From an uncultured Bacteroidota bacterium (GTDB lineage Bacteria; Bacteroidota; Bacteroidia; Flavobacteriales; BACL11): DNA of 58,574 nucleotides. Below are positions 30,801-40,362 of the stretch, piece after piece; the first letter of the stretch is position 1; each line of letters opens with the position of its first letter. Under the pieces are notes generated by a model, which was not told the origin of the DNA, searched no databases, and worked only from the letters and a program-made list of their open reading frames with translations. Location: contig CACAMX010000002.1 of assembly GCA_902533655.1 (NCBI GenBank), positions 1 to 58,574 of the forward strand. The letters are read 5' to 3'. Made by a program: the position numbers and the translations under genes.

Positions 30801-31515
30801 TGGAGACAGCAGTTTGATAATTGTTAATAATTTAGTCCCAGAAAACCCAATTCAATCTTACAACTGGAACGAAAGCGTCTCATCCTTTGGAACAGACTCC
30901 TCTCAAGTGTATGTTATTCCAGAACTTTCAAAGTATTATGATGTTGAAGTAATTAATTACCTAGGCTGTAAAATTAATGACTCTATTTACGTGGAAGTTA
31001 TTCAAAAACCAACTATTGACTCACTATGGGTAAGTGACTCTATAATATTCTATGGTCAAGAAGTAACACTAAGCCTGTTAACAGACTTTACATATTCATG
31101 GTCAAATAACAATCAAAATAAATCATTTACATTGAATCTGTATTCAGATGAAATGTTTTTTGTTGAAGTAAATAATAATGGGTGTATTGAAAAAGATTCT
31201 ATATTTATTAAGGTAAGTGATTATAATTGCGATATATCAAAAATAAATATTCCAAATGCGTTTTCTCCAAATGGGGACCAGATAAATGATTTTTATAGAG
31301 TCACAGATTATGACGGTGTAGTTGAAAGGTTTCATATTCTAATTTACAATCGCCTTGGCCAAAAAGTCTATGAATCAAAAAACATTTTTGACTACTGGGA
31401 CGGAAGATACGACGGACATGTTTTGACAAACCAGGTTTTTGACTTTTACCTGGATATAAGATGTTATGGAAATAAAGAATTTATATATAAAGGAAATATT
31501 AACCTTATTAGATGA
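27823..31515 (+). CDS. Large T9SS cargo: SBBP-like beta-propeller, PKD domain, type-B (gliding motility-associated) CTD
   Basis: FIKNEGQ, LVIDP.LVFSTYSG, repeated STYFGG, WDFGDG, IPNAFSPNGDQIND..IYNRLG..WDG..KGNINLIR. Confidence 0.92.
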   Translation: MIFDKKLISFFLTLLLISTSFSQNNFIKNEGQLPEKVFSKADFFQGAVFVETGGFTYNLFDKKKLRDIHEGFSEDSYIDAHSFQLSFINSIKSLETDYIDNSNYYENYYVGPKENWVENAKAYNKIKRPLYEGIFYVIYFEGNNIKYDIHIKKNHNPGNIQIEYKYVDDIKLTENNTIIINASFIEIEEKIPEVYQIINGKKISVDCKYQLKNNIVSFSFPNGYNKNYDLVIDPELVFSTYSGSLADNFGYTATYDDQGNLYAGSISFGPGYPTTLGSYQLNFNGGVGNGGTDIAITKYNNTGTQRIYSTYLGGRFDELPHSMIVSDLGELYIFGTTGSEDFPTTESSFDTTFNGGVNFVPNGIGASFPNGSDIIISKLSSSGGQLAASTFFGGSLNDGLNNSSKLTFNYADEVRGEIEIDSENNIVVGTCTRSKDFPTLNPIQPNLSSGLEGCVFKLDRHLSNIIWSTYFGGSADDCIYSVDFNRNNDIVFGGGTTSPDINTTPLAFQQNYNSFNALSADGFITTIDSNADSILFSTYFGTDSYDQVFFIDVSKDDHVHVLGQTNDTNNFFIKNSIISTQNSGQFISTLSSSLSSIIRSSTIGSGRGTPDISPTAFMVDLCNSYYLSGWGSSINGQLSTLNLPVSDSAFQITTDGNDFYFMVISENMDNIDYATFFGGNVSREHVDGGTSRFDNKGVIYQSVCAGCDGNNDFPVKPNPGAVSTSNNSPNCNNGVFKFDMNTPLVISNFQAPLIGCDLTIQFNNITDTISNTFFYWDFGDGNSSNQLSPTHTYGTPGNYLVRLISIDSLSCNISDTIQKELYILGNQKKSAPELFKCKYEKTRIGLNNPSSINSSYSWSPINNLSSYNVQRPFTNIDSTIEYTLVINYNNSCFDTIIQKVNVDDISVLASDDTSYCSDSIILTAVSNDSSANFIWSSDFNFTNILSLGDSIKAIQVKTYFVRADNGNCFSSDSVSIKSENIDISLDGDNSVCFGDSSLIIVNNLVPENPIQSYNWNESVSSFGTDSSQVYVIPELSKYYDVEVINYLGCKINDSIYVEVIQKPTIDSLWVSDSIIFYGQEVTLSLLTDFTYSWSNNNQNKSFTLNLYSDEMFFVEVNNNGCIEKDSIFIKVSDYNCDISKINIPNAFSPNGDQINDFYRVTDYDGVVERFHILIYNRLGQKVYESKNIFDYWDGRYDGHVLTNQVFDFYLDIRCYGNKEFIYKGNINLIR

Positions 31516-32450
31516 AAAAAGTTATTTTTTGCACCTTAATGTTTTCATCAGTAATTTGTAGAGCGCAAGACACTCACATTTCACAAATTTCAAACAACGA
31601 ACTACTAATTAATCCCTGTTATATTCAAAAAATTGTTGGTGATTATGCATTTAAAATTCAATCAAGGAGTCAATGGCAAAGTGTTGCAGAACCATTTAAA
31701 ACATTTTCAGCATCGGCTTATTTCAAAGAGATTCGAAATATAGGGTCATTGGGTATTAATTTCTTATCAGATAATTCTGGAAATGCTAGCCTAAATAATA
31801 ATAGTTTGAATTTTTTTTTCTCAAAAGATATTATGTTAGTTGAAGGCCTTTCATTTGGCACGGGAATTTCTTTTAGCCAGAGATATATTAATTTTTCTGA
31901 GCTGGATTTTGAACAATACGAATATATTTCAAGTTCAAAAAAAAACTACTTTGACTTTACACTTGGAACTAATTACTCTTTAGATTTTAACAATAATCAA
32001 TTTCATAACCTTGGACTATCCATTAATCATTTGAACAAACCTAATGTTTCATTAATTTCATTAGATGACAAATTAAAATTGAAATATAATTTTGCATATT
32101 TTTACAATTTTAGTCTTAATGACATAAATTATGAAACATTCTTTTTTCACTCTTCTCAAAACAGCCAGAACGAAACATTAGTAGGACTAAATCTTCAATA
32201 TGTTTTTAGAAATACAATTAAAAATAAAACCAGCATAAAACCACTTTTATGCTATAGATTTTCTGACGCAATAATTGCAGGAGCTGGTTTACTTCATAAT
32301 AACTACGAGTTTACATTTTCATATGACATTAATGTTTCTGAGTTTTCAAAAGCTACCAATTATAACGGAGCTTTTGAGTTTACTTTTATTTACTATATTT
32401 TTAAAAAACTACAACAAAATAAAATAGTTAAATGTCCAAGTTATATTTAA
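31512..32450 (+). CDS. PorP/SprF family T9SS outer-membrane protein
   Basis: AQD.H.SQ..L.INP, RSQW, NHLNKPN, SYDINVS..GAFE; follows a type-B cargo gene. Confidence 0.85.
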   Translation: MKKVIFCTLMFSSVICRAQDTHISQISNNELLINPCYIQKIVGDYAFKIQSRSQWQSVAEPFKTFSASAYFKEIRNIGSLGINFLSDNSGNASLNNNSLNFFFSKDIMLVEGLSFGTGISFSQRYINFSELDFEQYEYISSSKKNYFDFTLGTNYSLDFNNNQFHNLGLSINHLNKPNVSLISLDDKLKLKYNFAYFYNFSLNDINYETFFFHSSQNSQNETLVGLNLQYVFRNTIKNKTSIKPLLCYRFSDAIIAGAGLLHNNYEFTFSYDINVSEFSKATNYNGAFEFTFIYYIFKKLQQNKIVKCPSYI

Positions 32451-33826
32451 TTTTAATTTTCCTCCATTTATATTTTTTTTCTACTTCGCAATCTTTCCAA
32501 ATAGAAAAGTTAAAGGGCAATATTAATACTATAAAAAATTCTGAGCTCAACTTTAGATATGTTAATGACAGTACAGCAATTTATACTGAGCTAAATAATG
32601 AGAAATCTAATTTGTCTTATGCGGTAAAAAAAGAAGATGAATGGTTTAAGTCAAGAGAACTTAACTTTATTCCAAATAAAAAAACCGCAAATTTTTGTTT
32701 TGAAAATAATAATTCAGGATATTTTAGTGTTTGTGAAAATGCTAAATCATGTAAGATTTCATATTTAGAAAACATTACAAATGTTAGAAAATTTAAACTG
32801 CTTCCAAAAAGCATAAATGAAAAAAACTATAATAATACAAATCCCTTCTTCGTTAATCACAACAACAGAAAAGTTTTATATTTTGCTAGCAACAGAAAAG
32901 GAGGCTATGGAGGGTTGGATATATGGTTTTCTTTTAAAAATGAAGACGGAACATACAGTTCACCAATAAATGCAGGATCTTCAATAAACTCAGAGTATGA
33001 TGAAATAACTCCTTTTTATGACATCTCTCAGGAACTTATGTACTATAGCACAAACAAAGATTTATCAATGGGGTTTGACATATATTATTCATCAGGTTTT
33101 TTAAATAAATGGGAACCTTCAAAAACTTACTCAGAGATTAACTCTACATATGATGAAACGTATTTTTCAGTCATTAGTGATACTGTTTCTTATTTTTCAT
33201 CTAGTAGAGATAATTGTAGTGATTCGATAAGCTGTTGTAGCGATATTTATGTTTTAAAAAAAGCATATTCTATAGATGATAAATTAAAGTTTAATCAAAA
33301 ATTAGAATTACCAATTAATTTATATTTTCATAATGATCAGCCTGATTGCTGCACATTAGATACAACTACTAATAAAGATTATTATGAGTCTTACGTTGAT
33401 TATTATCTATTAAAAAATCAGTATTATGATTTTAACAGAAATAATCAAATCATTAGCTTTTTTGAGGATTCATTGATTAAAAACTTTAATAAATTCAACA
33501 ATCTTATTGATCAGATAATTATCTTAGTTAGACAGGGGAAAAGCATATCCATTACAATAGAGGGTTATGCAAGTCCGTTATTTGAAAGTTTATATAATCA
33601 AGCTTTATCAAAAAGAAGAATTTCAAGTGTAAAAAATTATATCGAATCTTATGACTCTTATGTTTTACAACAATTTTTTGAAAATGATCAAATTGATATT
33701 AAGTTAATGCCTTTTGGCGAATACAATAGTACTCTGGAAACACCAAAAAATAAAAATGAAGCAATCTATAATATAGAATATGTTTTAGAGAGAAAAGTAA
33801 GAATAAGAAGTATTAAGGTTTTTTAA
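32432..33826 (+). CDS. PD40 beta-propeller plus OmpA-like protein (PorE-like)
   Basis: LYFASNRKGGYGGLDIW, NAGSSINSEYDEITPF, LYFHNDQPD, GYASP..YNQALSKRRISSV, PFGE, ERKVRI. Confidence 0.82.
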   Translation: MSKLYLILIFLHLYFFSTSQSFQIEKLKGNINTIKNSELNFRYVNDSTAIYTELNNEKSNLSYAVKKEDEWFKSRELNFIPNKKTANFCFENNNSGYFSVCENAKSCKISYLENITNVRKFKLLPKSINEKNYNNTNPFFVNHNNRKVLYFASNRKGGYGGLDIWFSFKNEDGTYSSPINAGSSINSEYDEITPFYDISQELMYYSTNKDLSMGFDIYYSSGFLNKWEPSKTYSEINSTYDETYFSVISDTVSYFSSSRDNCSDSISCCSDIYVLKKAYSIDDKLKFNQKLELPINLYFHNDQPDCCTLDTTTNKDYYESYVDYYLLKNQYYDFNRNNQIISFFEDSLIKNFNKFNNLIDQIIILVRQGKSISITIEGYASPLFESLYNQALSKRRISSVKNYIESYDSYVLQQFFENDQIDIKLMPFGEYNSTLETPKNKNEAIYNIEYVLERKVRIRSIKVF

Positions 33827-33831
33827 ATAGT

Positions 33832-34422
33832 TTAAACATTAATTAAAAGGAAAAAAACTAATGCACCTAACAAATAGCTTGAGTATATTTGAGTGAAATC
33901 ATGAGCTTGCTTGAGGTGTCTTGAGCTAGCAACTAAGCCTGAAATGATAACAAAAAAGCAAAAAATTAAAAAATACCCATTGTAAGTAACCGACAGGTAA
34001 TAAAATATTCCCGTTGCTCCACCTAAGCCTGTCATATGTATACTAACTTTCCAAAAGTTAGAGATTATCAAACAAATAAAAATCAAAACGATTGGAGTAA
34101 TAAAAATAATGTTTAGTTCAGCAGAAAAATATAATAAGCTACGAACTAGGTAGTAACAAACACAGTTCCAAATAAGTGCAGGAAAAAGAGCATGATGTCT
34201 TTTTTTGTGATTATTTATCTCATACGAATCAATGATCCCGTATTTTTTTTTCAATGCTATTATTGATAAAGGAGCAATAATTGTTGTGAATGTTAATATA
34301 AGATAAAAATAGCTTAAATGAGTTTGAATAGGATAAACAAAGAATTTGTTTCCAAGATGAATAAACATGAAGACCATTAAGGGAATAAAAACAGGGTGAA
34401 ATAAATAAGAAAAATAATGCAT
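33832..34422 (-). CDS. PAP2-like integral membrane protein
   Basis: SYLFHPVFIP, WKVSIHM.G.GG, SSR..K.AH...QI; about 6 TM; follows rpoN. Confidence 0.7.
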   Translation of the reverse strand: MHYFSYLFHPVFIPLMVFMFIHLGNKFFVYPIQTHLSYFYLILTFTTIIAPLSIIALKKKYGIIDSYEINNHKKRHHALFPALIWNCVCYYLVRSLLYFSAELNIIFITPIVLIFICLIISNFWKVSIHMTGLGGATGIFYYLSVTYNGYFLIFCFFVIISGLVASSRHLKQAHDFTQIYSSYLLGALVFFLLINV

Positions 34423-35757
34423 CTATATAATGGATTTCCTCAATCTAGCATTGGGAATTTTCAACTCTTCACGATATTTTGCAACGGTTCTTCTTGAAAT
34501 AAAAAACTCGTCTTTTTCTAAAATTTCAACAATTTTTTCATCGTGAAAGGGTTTTAATTTATTTTCTTTCTCAACAATTTCTTTTAGTAGTGTTTTAACA
34601 TACTTGTTTGAAACACTTTCGCCATTTTCTTTTTTATAAGCTTCAGAAAACAGTTCTTTCATCAAAAAACTTCCAAAAGAAGTTTCTATATATTTTCCGT
34701 TTGATACTCTTGAAACAGTTGAAACGTCCATGCTGATAAGCTCAGAAACATCTGCAAGTTTCATGGGTTTCAATGCAGAGATGTCTCCGGATAAAAAATA
34801 ACTTTCTTGTAAAGACATAATGGCTTTAATTACCTTTTTTAAGGTTATCTGTCTTTTTATTAGTGATTCTTTGAACCACACAGCCTTATCAATCTTTTCT
34901 TTTAAGAACTTTTTTGCTCGCTTATCACTGGTTTCCTTTACTAGTTTTTCATAATAAGAACTAATGTTTAGATTAATGTTATGACCCTTCTCAATTTTCA
35001 TTTCTAGCTTTCCACCTATATTTAATATAGAAAAATCATGAACGATATAGTTATTTTTCACTTCACCTGTATCAAAACTTTTACCTGGAAAAGGGTTTAA
35101 TTTCTCAATTTGCTGATAAATTCTTTTTAGAGTATTTAAGTTTATTTTTAATTTTTCACATAACGACTCATATTTTTTATTCATAAAATCCTCATAAAAG
35201 TCAGAAACAGCTTCAATCGACTTTTCTGAAATCTTATTTTTTTCAAGTAATTTAAGCTGGATCAGGATACACTCTTTTAAGTCAGAAGCGCCAACCCCTT
35301 TTGGCTCTAAAGTTTGTAAAATTTTAATGCAATTTTTTATATATTCTTCATCTATTTCAATATCATGGTTAGTTAACAAATCACTTGAAATTGAATATGC
35401 ATTTCTCGTTAAGTAGCCTCTTGGGTCTATGCTTTCAATGATGTAGTCTAAAATAAAAATCTTTTTATCATCAAAGTCTTCACCAATTAGTTGGTTTTTT
35501 AAGTATGAAGATAAAGTAATCTTTTCAGTCTTATTTTCTTTGCTTTTTAATGAGTAAGTGTTTTTTGAGTATCCTATTTCTGATTTTTCTTCCATTTCAT
35601 CATCGACTAACTCTTCTTCTAATGTTGGATTGTCCTCAAGCTCCTCTCTAATTCTTTGTTCTAAATTAATTGCAGGAATTTGTAGCAGGTTTAAAAACTG
35701 AATTTGCTCAACACTAATATTTAGTTTTTGATTTTGCTGTAACTTTTGTTTTTGCAT
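34423..35757 (-). CDS. rpoN: RNA polymerase sigma-54 factor
   Basis: Q/L-rich region I, EDNPTLE, LEPKGVGA, LKPMKL..STVSRV..KY, RpoN box SRRTVAKYRE. Confidence 0.96.
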   Translation of the reverse strand: MQKQKLQQNQKLNISVEQIQFLNLLQIPAINLEQRIREELEDNPTLEEELVDDEMEEKSEIGYSKNTYSLKSKENKTEKITLSSYLKNQLIGEDFDDKKIFILDYIIESIDPRGYLTRNAYSISSDLLTNHDIEIDEEYIKNCIKILQTLEPKGVGASDLKECILIQLKLLEKNKISEKSIEAVSDFYEDFMNKKYESLCEKLKINLNTLKRIYQQIEKLNPFPGKSFDTGEVKNNYIVHDFSILNIGGKLEMKIEKGHNINLNISSYYEKLVKETSDKRAKKFLKEKIDKAVWFKESLIKRQITLKKVIKAIMSLQESYFLSGDISALKPMKLADVSELISMDVSTVSRVSNGKYIETSFGSFLMKELFSEAYKKENGESVSNKYVKTLLKEIVEKENKLKPFHDEKIVEILEKDEFFISRRTVAKYREELKIPNARLRKSII

Positions 35758-35760
35758 TCT

Positions 35761-37197
35761 TTAAAAAGAAACATTTTTTGGTGTTCTTGGAAATGGAATA
35801 ACATCTCTAATATTTTTCATTCCAGTGATAAACATAACTAATCTTTCAAGGCCAAGCCCGAAACCACTATGTTCACAAGTTCCAAACTTCCTTGTTTCTA
35901 GATACCACCACAATTCTTCTTTATCAATTTTGAAATCAATAATATTTTTATTTAAAACATCTAATCTTTCCTCTCTTTGTGAACCGCCAATTATTTCACC
36001 AATTCCTGGAAACAGAATATCCATCGCCCTTACAGTTTTATTATCATCATTAAGTCTCATGTAGAAAGCTTTAATTTTTTTTGGGTAATCAGTAATGACA
36101 ACAGGCTTTTTAAATACTTTTTCTACTAAAAACCTTTCATGTTCTGATTGTAGTTCATTGCCAAATTCTGAAATGTGATATTTAAATTTTTTCTTTTTGT
36201 TAGGCTTAGAGTTTTTTAAAATACTTATTGCTTCTGTATAAGTAAGTTTTTCAAAGCTAGATTTTGAAACATGAACAAGTTTTTCTATTAAAGATAGTTC
36301 TGATTTTAGCTCTTTTTTTAATGAGGACTCTTCATAAGATAGCCTTTGTTCTAAAAACAACAAATCATCTTTACAATGTTCTAGACAATAATTAATACAA
36401 TACTTCAAAAAATCTTCTGCTAAAGCAGCATTTTTTTTTAGATCATTGAAAGCAACTTCAGGCTCAATCATCCAAAACTCTGCTAAATGTCTTGAGGTAT
36501 TTGAGTTTTCAGCTCTAAATGTAGGTCCAAATGTATATACCTTGCCCAAAGCTAGTGCAGCTAATTCAGCTTCTAGTTGACCAGAAACAGTCAGATTAGT
36601 TTTTTTACCAAAGAAGTCGTTTTCATAATTAGCGTCAGAAAAATTTATGTTTTTCAAATTTGTAACCTGAAATAATTCTCCAGCACCTTCTGCATCAGCT
36701 GAGGTAATAATAGGAGTATTGATATAATAAAAACCCTTATCATTAAAGTATTTGTGTATTGCAAAAGAAATGCAATGCCTAATTCTAAAAACTGCAGAAA
36801 AAGTATTTGTTCTAAACCTTAAATGTGCTTTTTCTCTTAAAAATTCTAAGCTATGTTTTTTTGGTTGTAATGGGTATTCATTAGGGTCAGCCAAACCCAA
36901 TACTTTGATTTTTTCTGCAAAAAGTTCTGATCGCTGATTTGCACCAATTGATTTTTTTAGAATTCCATTTATTTGAACACAGCAGCCTGTAGTTATATCC
37001 TTTAATTTAGCTTCATTTATTATTTGATCCTCTGCAACTACTTGCAATGTCTTAATTGTAGACCCGTCATTGACAGATAAAAATGATGTTTTTTTGCTGC
37101 CTCTTTTGTTTCGGACCCAGCCTTTGATCTCAATTTTTTGATTACTTGCTTCTAACTCAAGAACTTCCTTTACCGAAATAATTTGATTATCCAACAT
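35761..37197 (-). CDS. asnS: Asparagine--tRNA ligase
   Basis: DAEGAGELF, LTVSGQL, FGPTFRAENSNTSRHLAEFWMIEPE, GGSQREER, GFGLGLER; start set at ATG 37197. Confidence 0.98.
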   Translation of the reverse strand: MLDNQIISVKEVLELEASNQKIEIKGWVRNKRGSKKTSFLSVNDGSTIKTLQVVAEDQIINEAKLKDITTGCCVQINGILKKSIGANQRSELFAEKIKVLGLADPNEYPLQPKKHSLEFLREKAHLRFRTNTFSAVFRIRHCISFAIHKYFNDKGFYYINTPIITSADAEGAGELFQVTNLKNINFSDANYENDFFGKKTNLTVSGQLEAELAALALGKVYTFGPTFRAENSNTSRHLAEFWMIEPEVAFNDLKKNAALAEDFLKYCINYCLEHCKDDLLFLEQRLSYEESSLKKELKSELSLIEKLVHVSKSSFEKLTYTEAISILKNSKPNKKKKFKYHISEFGNELQSEHERFLVEKVFKKPVVITDYPKKIKAFYMRLNDDNKTVRAMDILFPGIGEIIGGSQREERLDVLNKNIIDFKIDKEELWWYLETRKFGTCEHSGFGLGLERLVMFITGMKNIRDVIPFPRTPKNVSF

Positions 37198-39106
37198 TAG
37201 CAACTGTTTTAGTAACTAGTTTAACAACCGTTTTTTGTAAAGTATCAGCATCATACAAACACTCTTTATGTAGCTCCTCCTGAGTTCCATGATTTATAAA
37301 TTTATCAGGAATACCTAACCTTACAACATTCGCTTTGTAATTGTTATCTGACATAAACTCTATAACCGCACTTCCAAACCCTCCCTGTATACAACCGTCT
37401 TCAATTGTTACTATATTTTCAAATTTCTGAAACACCTTGTGTAAAAGTTTTTCGTCAAGCGGTTTTACAAAAACCATGTTGTAGTGCGCTATATCTATTC
37501 CTTTTTTTTGAAATTTTTCGTAAGATTCAATAGCATAATTTCCTACATGGCCAATTGATAAAACTGCAACATCATCACCTTCTTTAACAATAACCCCTTT
37601 ACCTATTTTTAACTCTTTGAAAGGTTTCCCCCAATCTATTGTAACGCCCTGCCCTCTTGGGTATCTAATAGAAAAGGGCCCCTGATTAGGAAGTTGAGCA
37701 GTATACATTAAGTTCCTTAGTTCTATTTCATTCATTGGTGCAGAGACAATCATATTTGGAATACATCTGAAGTATGCAATATCAAAAGCCCCATGATGCG
37801 TGGCTCCATCAGCACCAACGAGTCCGCCCCTGTCTAGGCAAAACACAACATTTAAGTTTTGAATAGCAACATCATGAATTACTTGATCATAAGCTCTTTG
37901 CATAAAAGTTGAATATATGTTACAAAAAGGAATAATATCTTGTGTAGCTAGTCCTGCTGAGAATGTTACAGCATGTTGTTCGGCAATTCCAACATCAAAA
38001 GTCCTATCAGGCATAACCTCCATCATTTGTTTAAGAGAGGATCCAGTCAGCATTGCAGGTGTTACCCCAACAATCTTTTCATTTTCTTTTGCTAATTCAA
38101 TTATTGTTTCTCCAAAAACATCCTGATACTTAGGAGCCGATTTATTACCATTTCCCTTGATTATACTGCCTGTTTTTTTATCAAATAACCCTGGTGCATG
38201 CCACTTAGTTGTGTCACCTTTCTCTGCAGGTGTATATCCTTTACCTTTCATTGTTAAACAGTGGAGAATTTTAGGCCCATCAATGTCTTTTAAATCATTT
38301 AAAACTTTTGATAGTTGTTCAACATCATGACCATCTACAGGACCAAAATATCTAAAATTTAAAGATTCAAAATAATTGCTTTCAGATAGTACTGTTGATT
38401 TTATTGCTCCCTCTAGTTTTTTGACAATTTTTTGTGGATTAGGCCCAAATCTGCCTATTTCTCCTAATAATTTCCATATTTTTTTTCTGGTTTTATTATA
38501 GTTTTTAGAAGTAGATATAGATGTTAAGTAGTCTTTCAAAGCGCCAACTGCAGGGTCAATAGACATGCAATTATCATTTAAAATCACTAATAAGTTAGAC
38601 TTTTCTATACCTGCATTATTTAAACCTTCAAAGGCTAGTCCAGCACTCATCGATCCATCACCAATAACAGCGATATGCTGTTTATCATTTAAGCTATTTA
38701 GTTTTGAGGCGGTAGCCATTCCAAGTGCAGCTGATATAGAAGTTGATGAATGACCTACACCAAAAGTGTCATAAATACTTTCGCTTCTTTTTGGAAATCC
38801 ACTTATTCCATTATAGACTCTATTTGTGTGAAATTTATCTTTTCTGCCTGTTAAAATTTTATGACCATAAGCCTGATGCCCAACATCCCACACTAATTGA
38901 TCGTATGGTGTATTAAACACATAGTGCAAAGCTACTGTTAACTCAACAACTCCAAGACTAGCCCCTAGATGACCGCCTTTTTGAGAAACAACACTAATTA
39001 TGTAATCTCTTAGTTCACCACATAATTTGACCAATTTTTTTGAAGATAAACTTTTAATATCTCTAGGAGCGTTAATTTTAGACAGTATTAATCCTTGTTT
39101 AAACAT
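37187..39106 (-). CDS. dxs: 1-deoxy-D-xylulose-5-phosphate synthase
   Basis: GGHLGASLG, WDVGHQAY, GHSSTSISA, GDGS..ND, DVGIAEQHA, DG.THHG, IRYPRG. Confidence 0.98.
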   Translation of the reverse strand: MFKQGLILSKINAPRDIKSLSSKKLVKLCGELRDYIISVVSQKGGHLGASLGVVELTVALHYVFNTPYDQLVWDVGHQAYGHKILTGRKDKFHTNRVYNGISGFPKRSESIYDTFGVGHSSTSISAALGMATASKLNSLNDKQHIAVIGDGSMSAGLAFEGLNNAGIEKSNLLVILNDNCMSIDPAVGALKDYLTSISTSKNYNKTRKKIWKLLGEIGRFGPNPQKIVKKLEGAIKSTVLSESNYFESLNFRYFGPVDGHDVEQLSKVLNDLKDIDGPKILHCLTMKGKGYTPAEKGDTTKWHAPGLFDKKTGSIIKGNGNKSAPKYQDVFGETIIELAKENEKIVGVTPAMLTGSSLKQMMEVMPDRTFDVGIAEQHAVTFSAGLATQDIIPFCNIYSTFMQRAYDQVIHDVAIQNLNVVFCLDRGGLVGADGATHHGAFDIAYFRCIPNMIVSAPMNEIELRNLMYTAQLPNQGPFSIRYPRGQGVTIDWGKPFKELKIGKGVIVKEGDDVAVLSIGHVGNYAIESYEKFQKKGIDIAHYNMVFVKPLDEKLLHKVFQKFENIVTIEDGCIQGGFGSAVIEFMSDNNYKANVVRLGIPDKFINHGTQEELHKECLYDADTLQKTVVKLVTKTVANVG

Positions 39107-39123
39107 CTTATAAAATAATTATA

Positions 39124-39131
39124 CAAAGATA
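39124..39131 (-). promoter_or_regulatory. -7 element (TATCTTTG) for dxs-asnS-rpoN
   Basis: TAnnTTTG on the minus strand 17 nt before the dxs ATG. Confidence 0.6.
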
Positions 39132-39207
39132 ACGCTTTATTAATAGATTTTATAAGTTTTGTGACCCCCAAAGTTACTGAACCAATTACTATTATAAATA
39201 AATAAAG

Positions 39208-39215
39208 TAAATTTG
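39208..39215 (+). promoter_or_regulatory. -7 element (TAAATTTG) for the RND operon
   Basis: TAnnTTTG in the divergent gap, 42 nt before ATG 39258. Confidence 0.55.
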
Positions 39216-39257
39216 CAAACTTTAAAAACAGGCCTTGCATTAATATAAAACAAAAAT

Positions 39258-40361
39258 ATGCGCGAAACAAAAAGAAAAATCATAAGAGCTACACTAATAA
39301 TTTTTGCATCATTTCTTTTCATAAAACTTATAATGAGCTTTAAAAAAGATACAAGCATAAGCAAGCTAACAGAATCTACAAGATTAGTAAGCGTAGAAAA
39401 TGTAAAATTAGAAAGCAATAAAATAACGGTACCGGTATACGGAAAGCTGGCTTCGAGCAATGAAATAAATATAGTTTCAGAGGTTAATGGTATATTTTTC
39501 AGCAAAAACTTTAAATCAGGAGTAAATTTTTCTAAAGGTGATACCCTAGGATTTGTAAAATTTGAAGAAACGGAAAGCAATTTAAATAGTCAAAAAAGCA
39601 CTTTATTAAATCAAGTTTCAAAAATAGTTTCAGAAATAAAGTTTGATTTTCCAGAGTCTTATAATTTATGGTATGAATTTATGCAGGAAATCAGTTTTAA
39701 CACTCCTTTACCTCAACTGCCAAACATTGAAAATAAAAAACTTAAGAACTACCTTTCAGGAAAAAAATTCTTCAACACATATTTTAATGCTAAAGCAACT
39801 GAAGATAGGCTGAAGAAGCACTTATTTATAGCTGAATTTAGTGGTAGTTTAAGTGAGGTATCAATAAAAAATGGAACAGCAATTGTATTCGGTCAAAAAA
39901 TTGCTAAGTATCACAGCCCTAAAACTTTAGAATTTGAATCAAGTACATCCATCAAAAACACCTTACTCGTAAAAAATAAAGCGAAAGTATTACTAAAAAG
40001 TGATGAGTTTGAAGGTGAACGATTGGGATATGTCTCTAGAATAAATAAAACAATAAATGCAAATTCCCAAAACATGAGTGTTTTCATTGAGAGTACTGAT
40101 AATGACTTGTATAATGGGATGTATGTTTTTGGTGAAATCATTGTCGGTGAAGCTAAAAACACATTTTTAGTAAAAAGAAATTTAATTGATAAAAACCGAA
40201 TGTATGTAATTGTTGATAATAAATTGGTTTCTAAGAAAATAGAGGTCGTCCAAGTGTCTGAGGAAAATGCTGTTGTCAGGGGTTTAAAAAACAATGATTT
40301 GATTTTAAATGAATCAATAAAAGACACTTATGACGGCATGGAAATAAGATATAAAAATTAG
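39258..40361 (+). CDS. RND efflux periplasmic adaptor (membrane fusion protein)
   Basis: N-terminal TM, SEVNG..KSG..F.KGD, AEFSG, LYNGMY, VVRGL; precedes the permease. Confidence 0.85.
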   Translation: MRETKRKIIRATLIIFASFLFIKLIMSFKKDTSISKLTESTRLVSVENVKLESNKITVPVYGKLASSNEINIVSEVNGIFFSKNFKSGVNFSKGDTLGFVKFEETESNLNSQKSTLLNQVSKIVSEIKFDFPESYNLWYEFMQEISFNTPLPQLPNIENKKLKNYLSGKKFFNTYFNAKATEDRLKKHLFIAEFSGSLSEVSIKNGTAIVFGQKIAKYHSPKTLEFESSTSIKNTLLVKNKAKVLLKSDEFEGERLGYVSRINKTINANSQNMSVFIESTDNDLYNGMYVFGEIIVGEAKNTFLVKRNLIDKNRMYVIVDNKLVSKKIEVVQVSEENAVVRGLKNNDLILNESIKDTYDGMEIRYKN

Positions 40362-40362
40362 A

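Noticed and set aside
34423..34500. RpoN box beginning with Ser (SRRTVAKYRE)
   Set aside because: A known common variant; I also saw no convincing -24/-12 promoter in the intergenic gaps inspected
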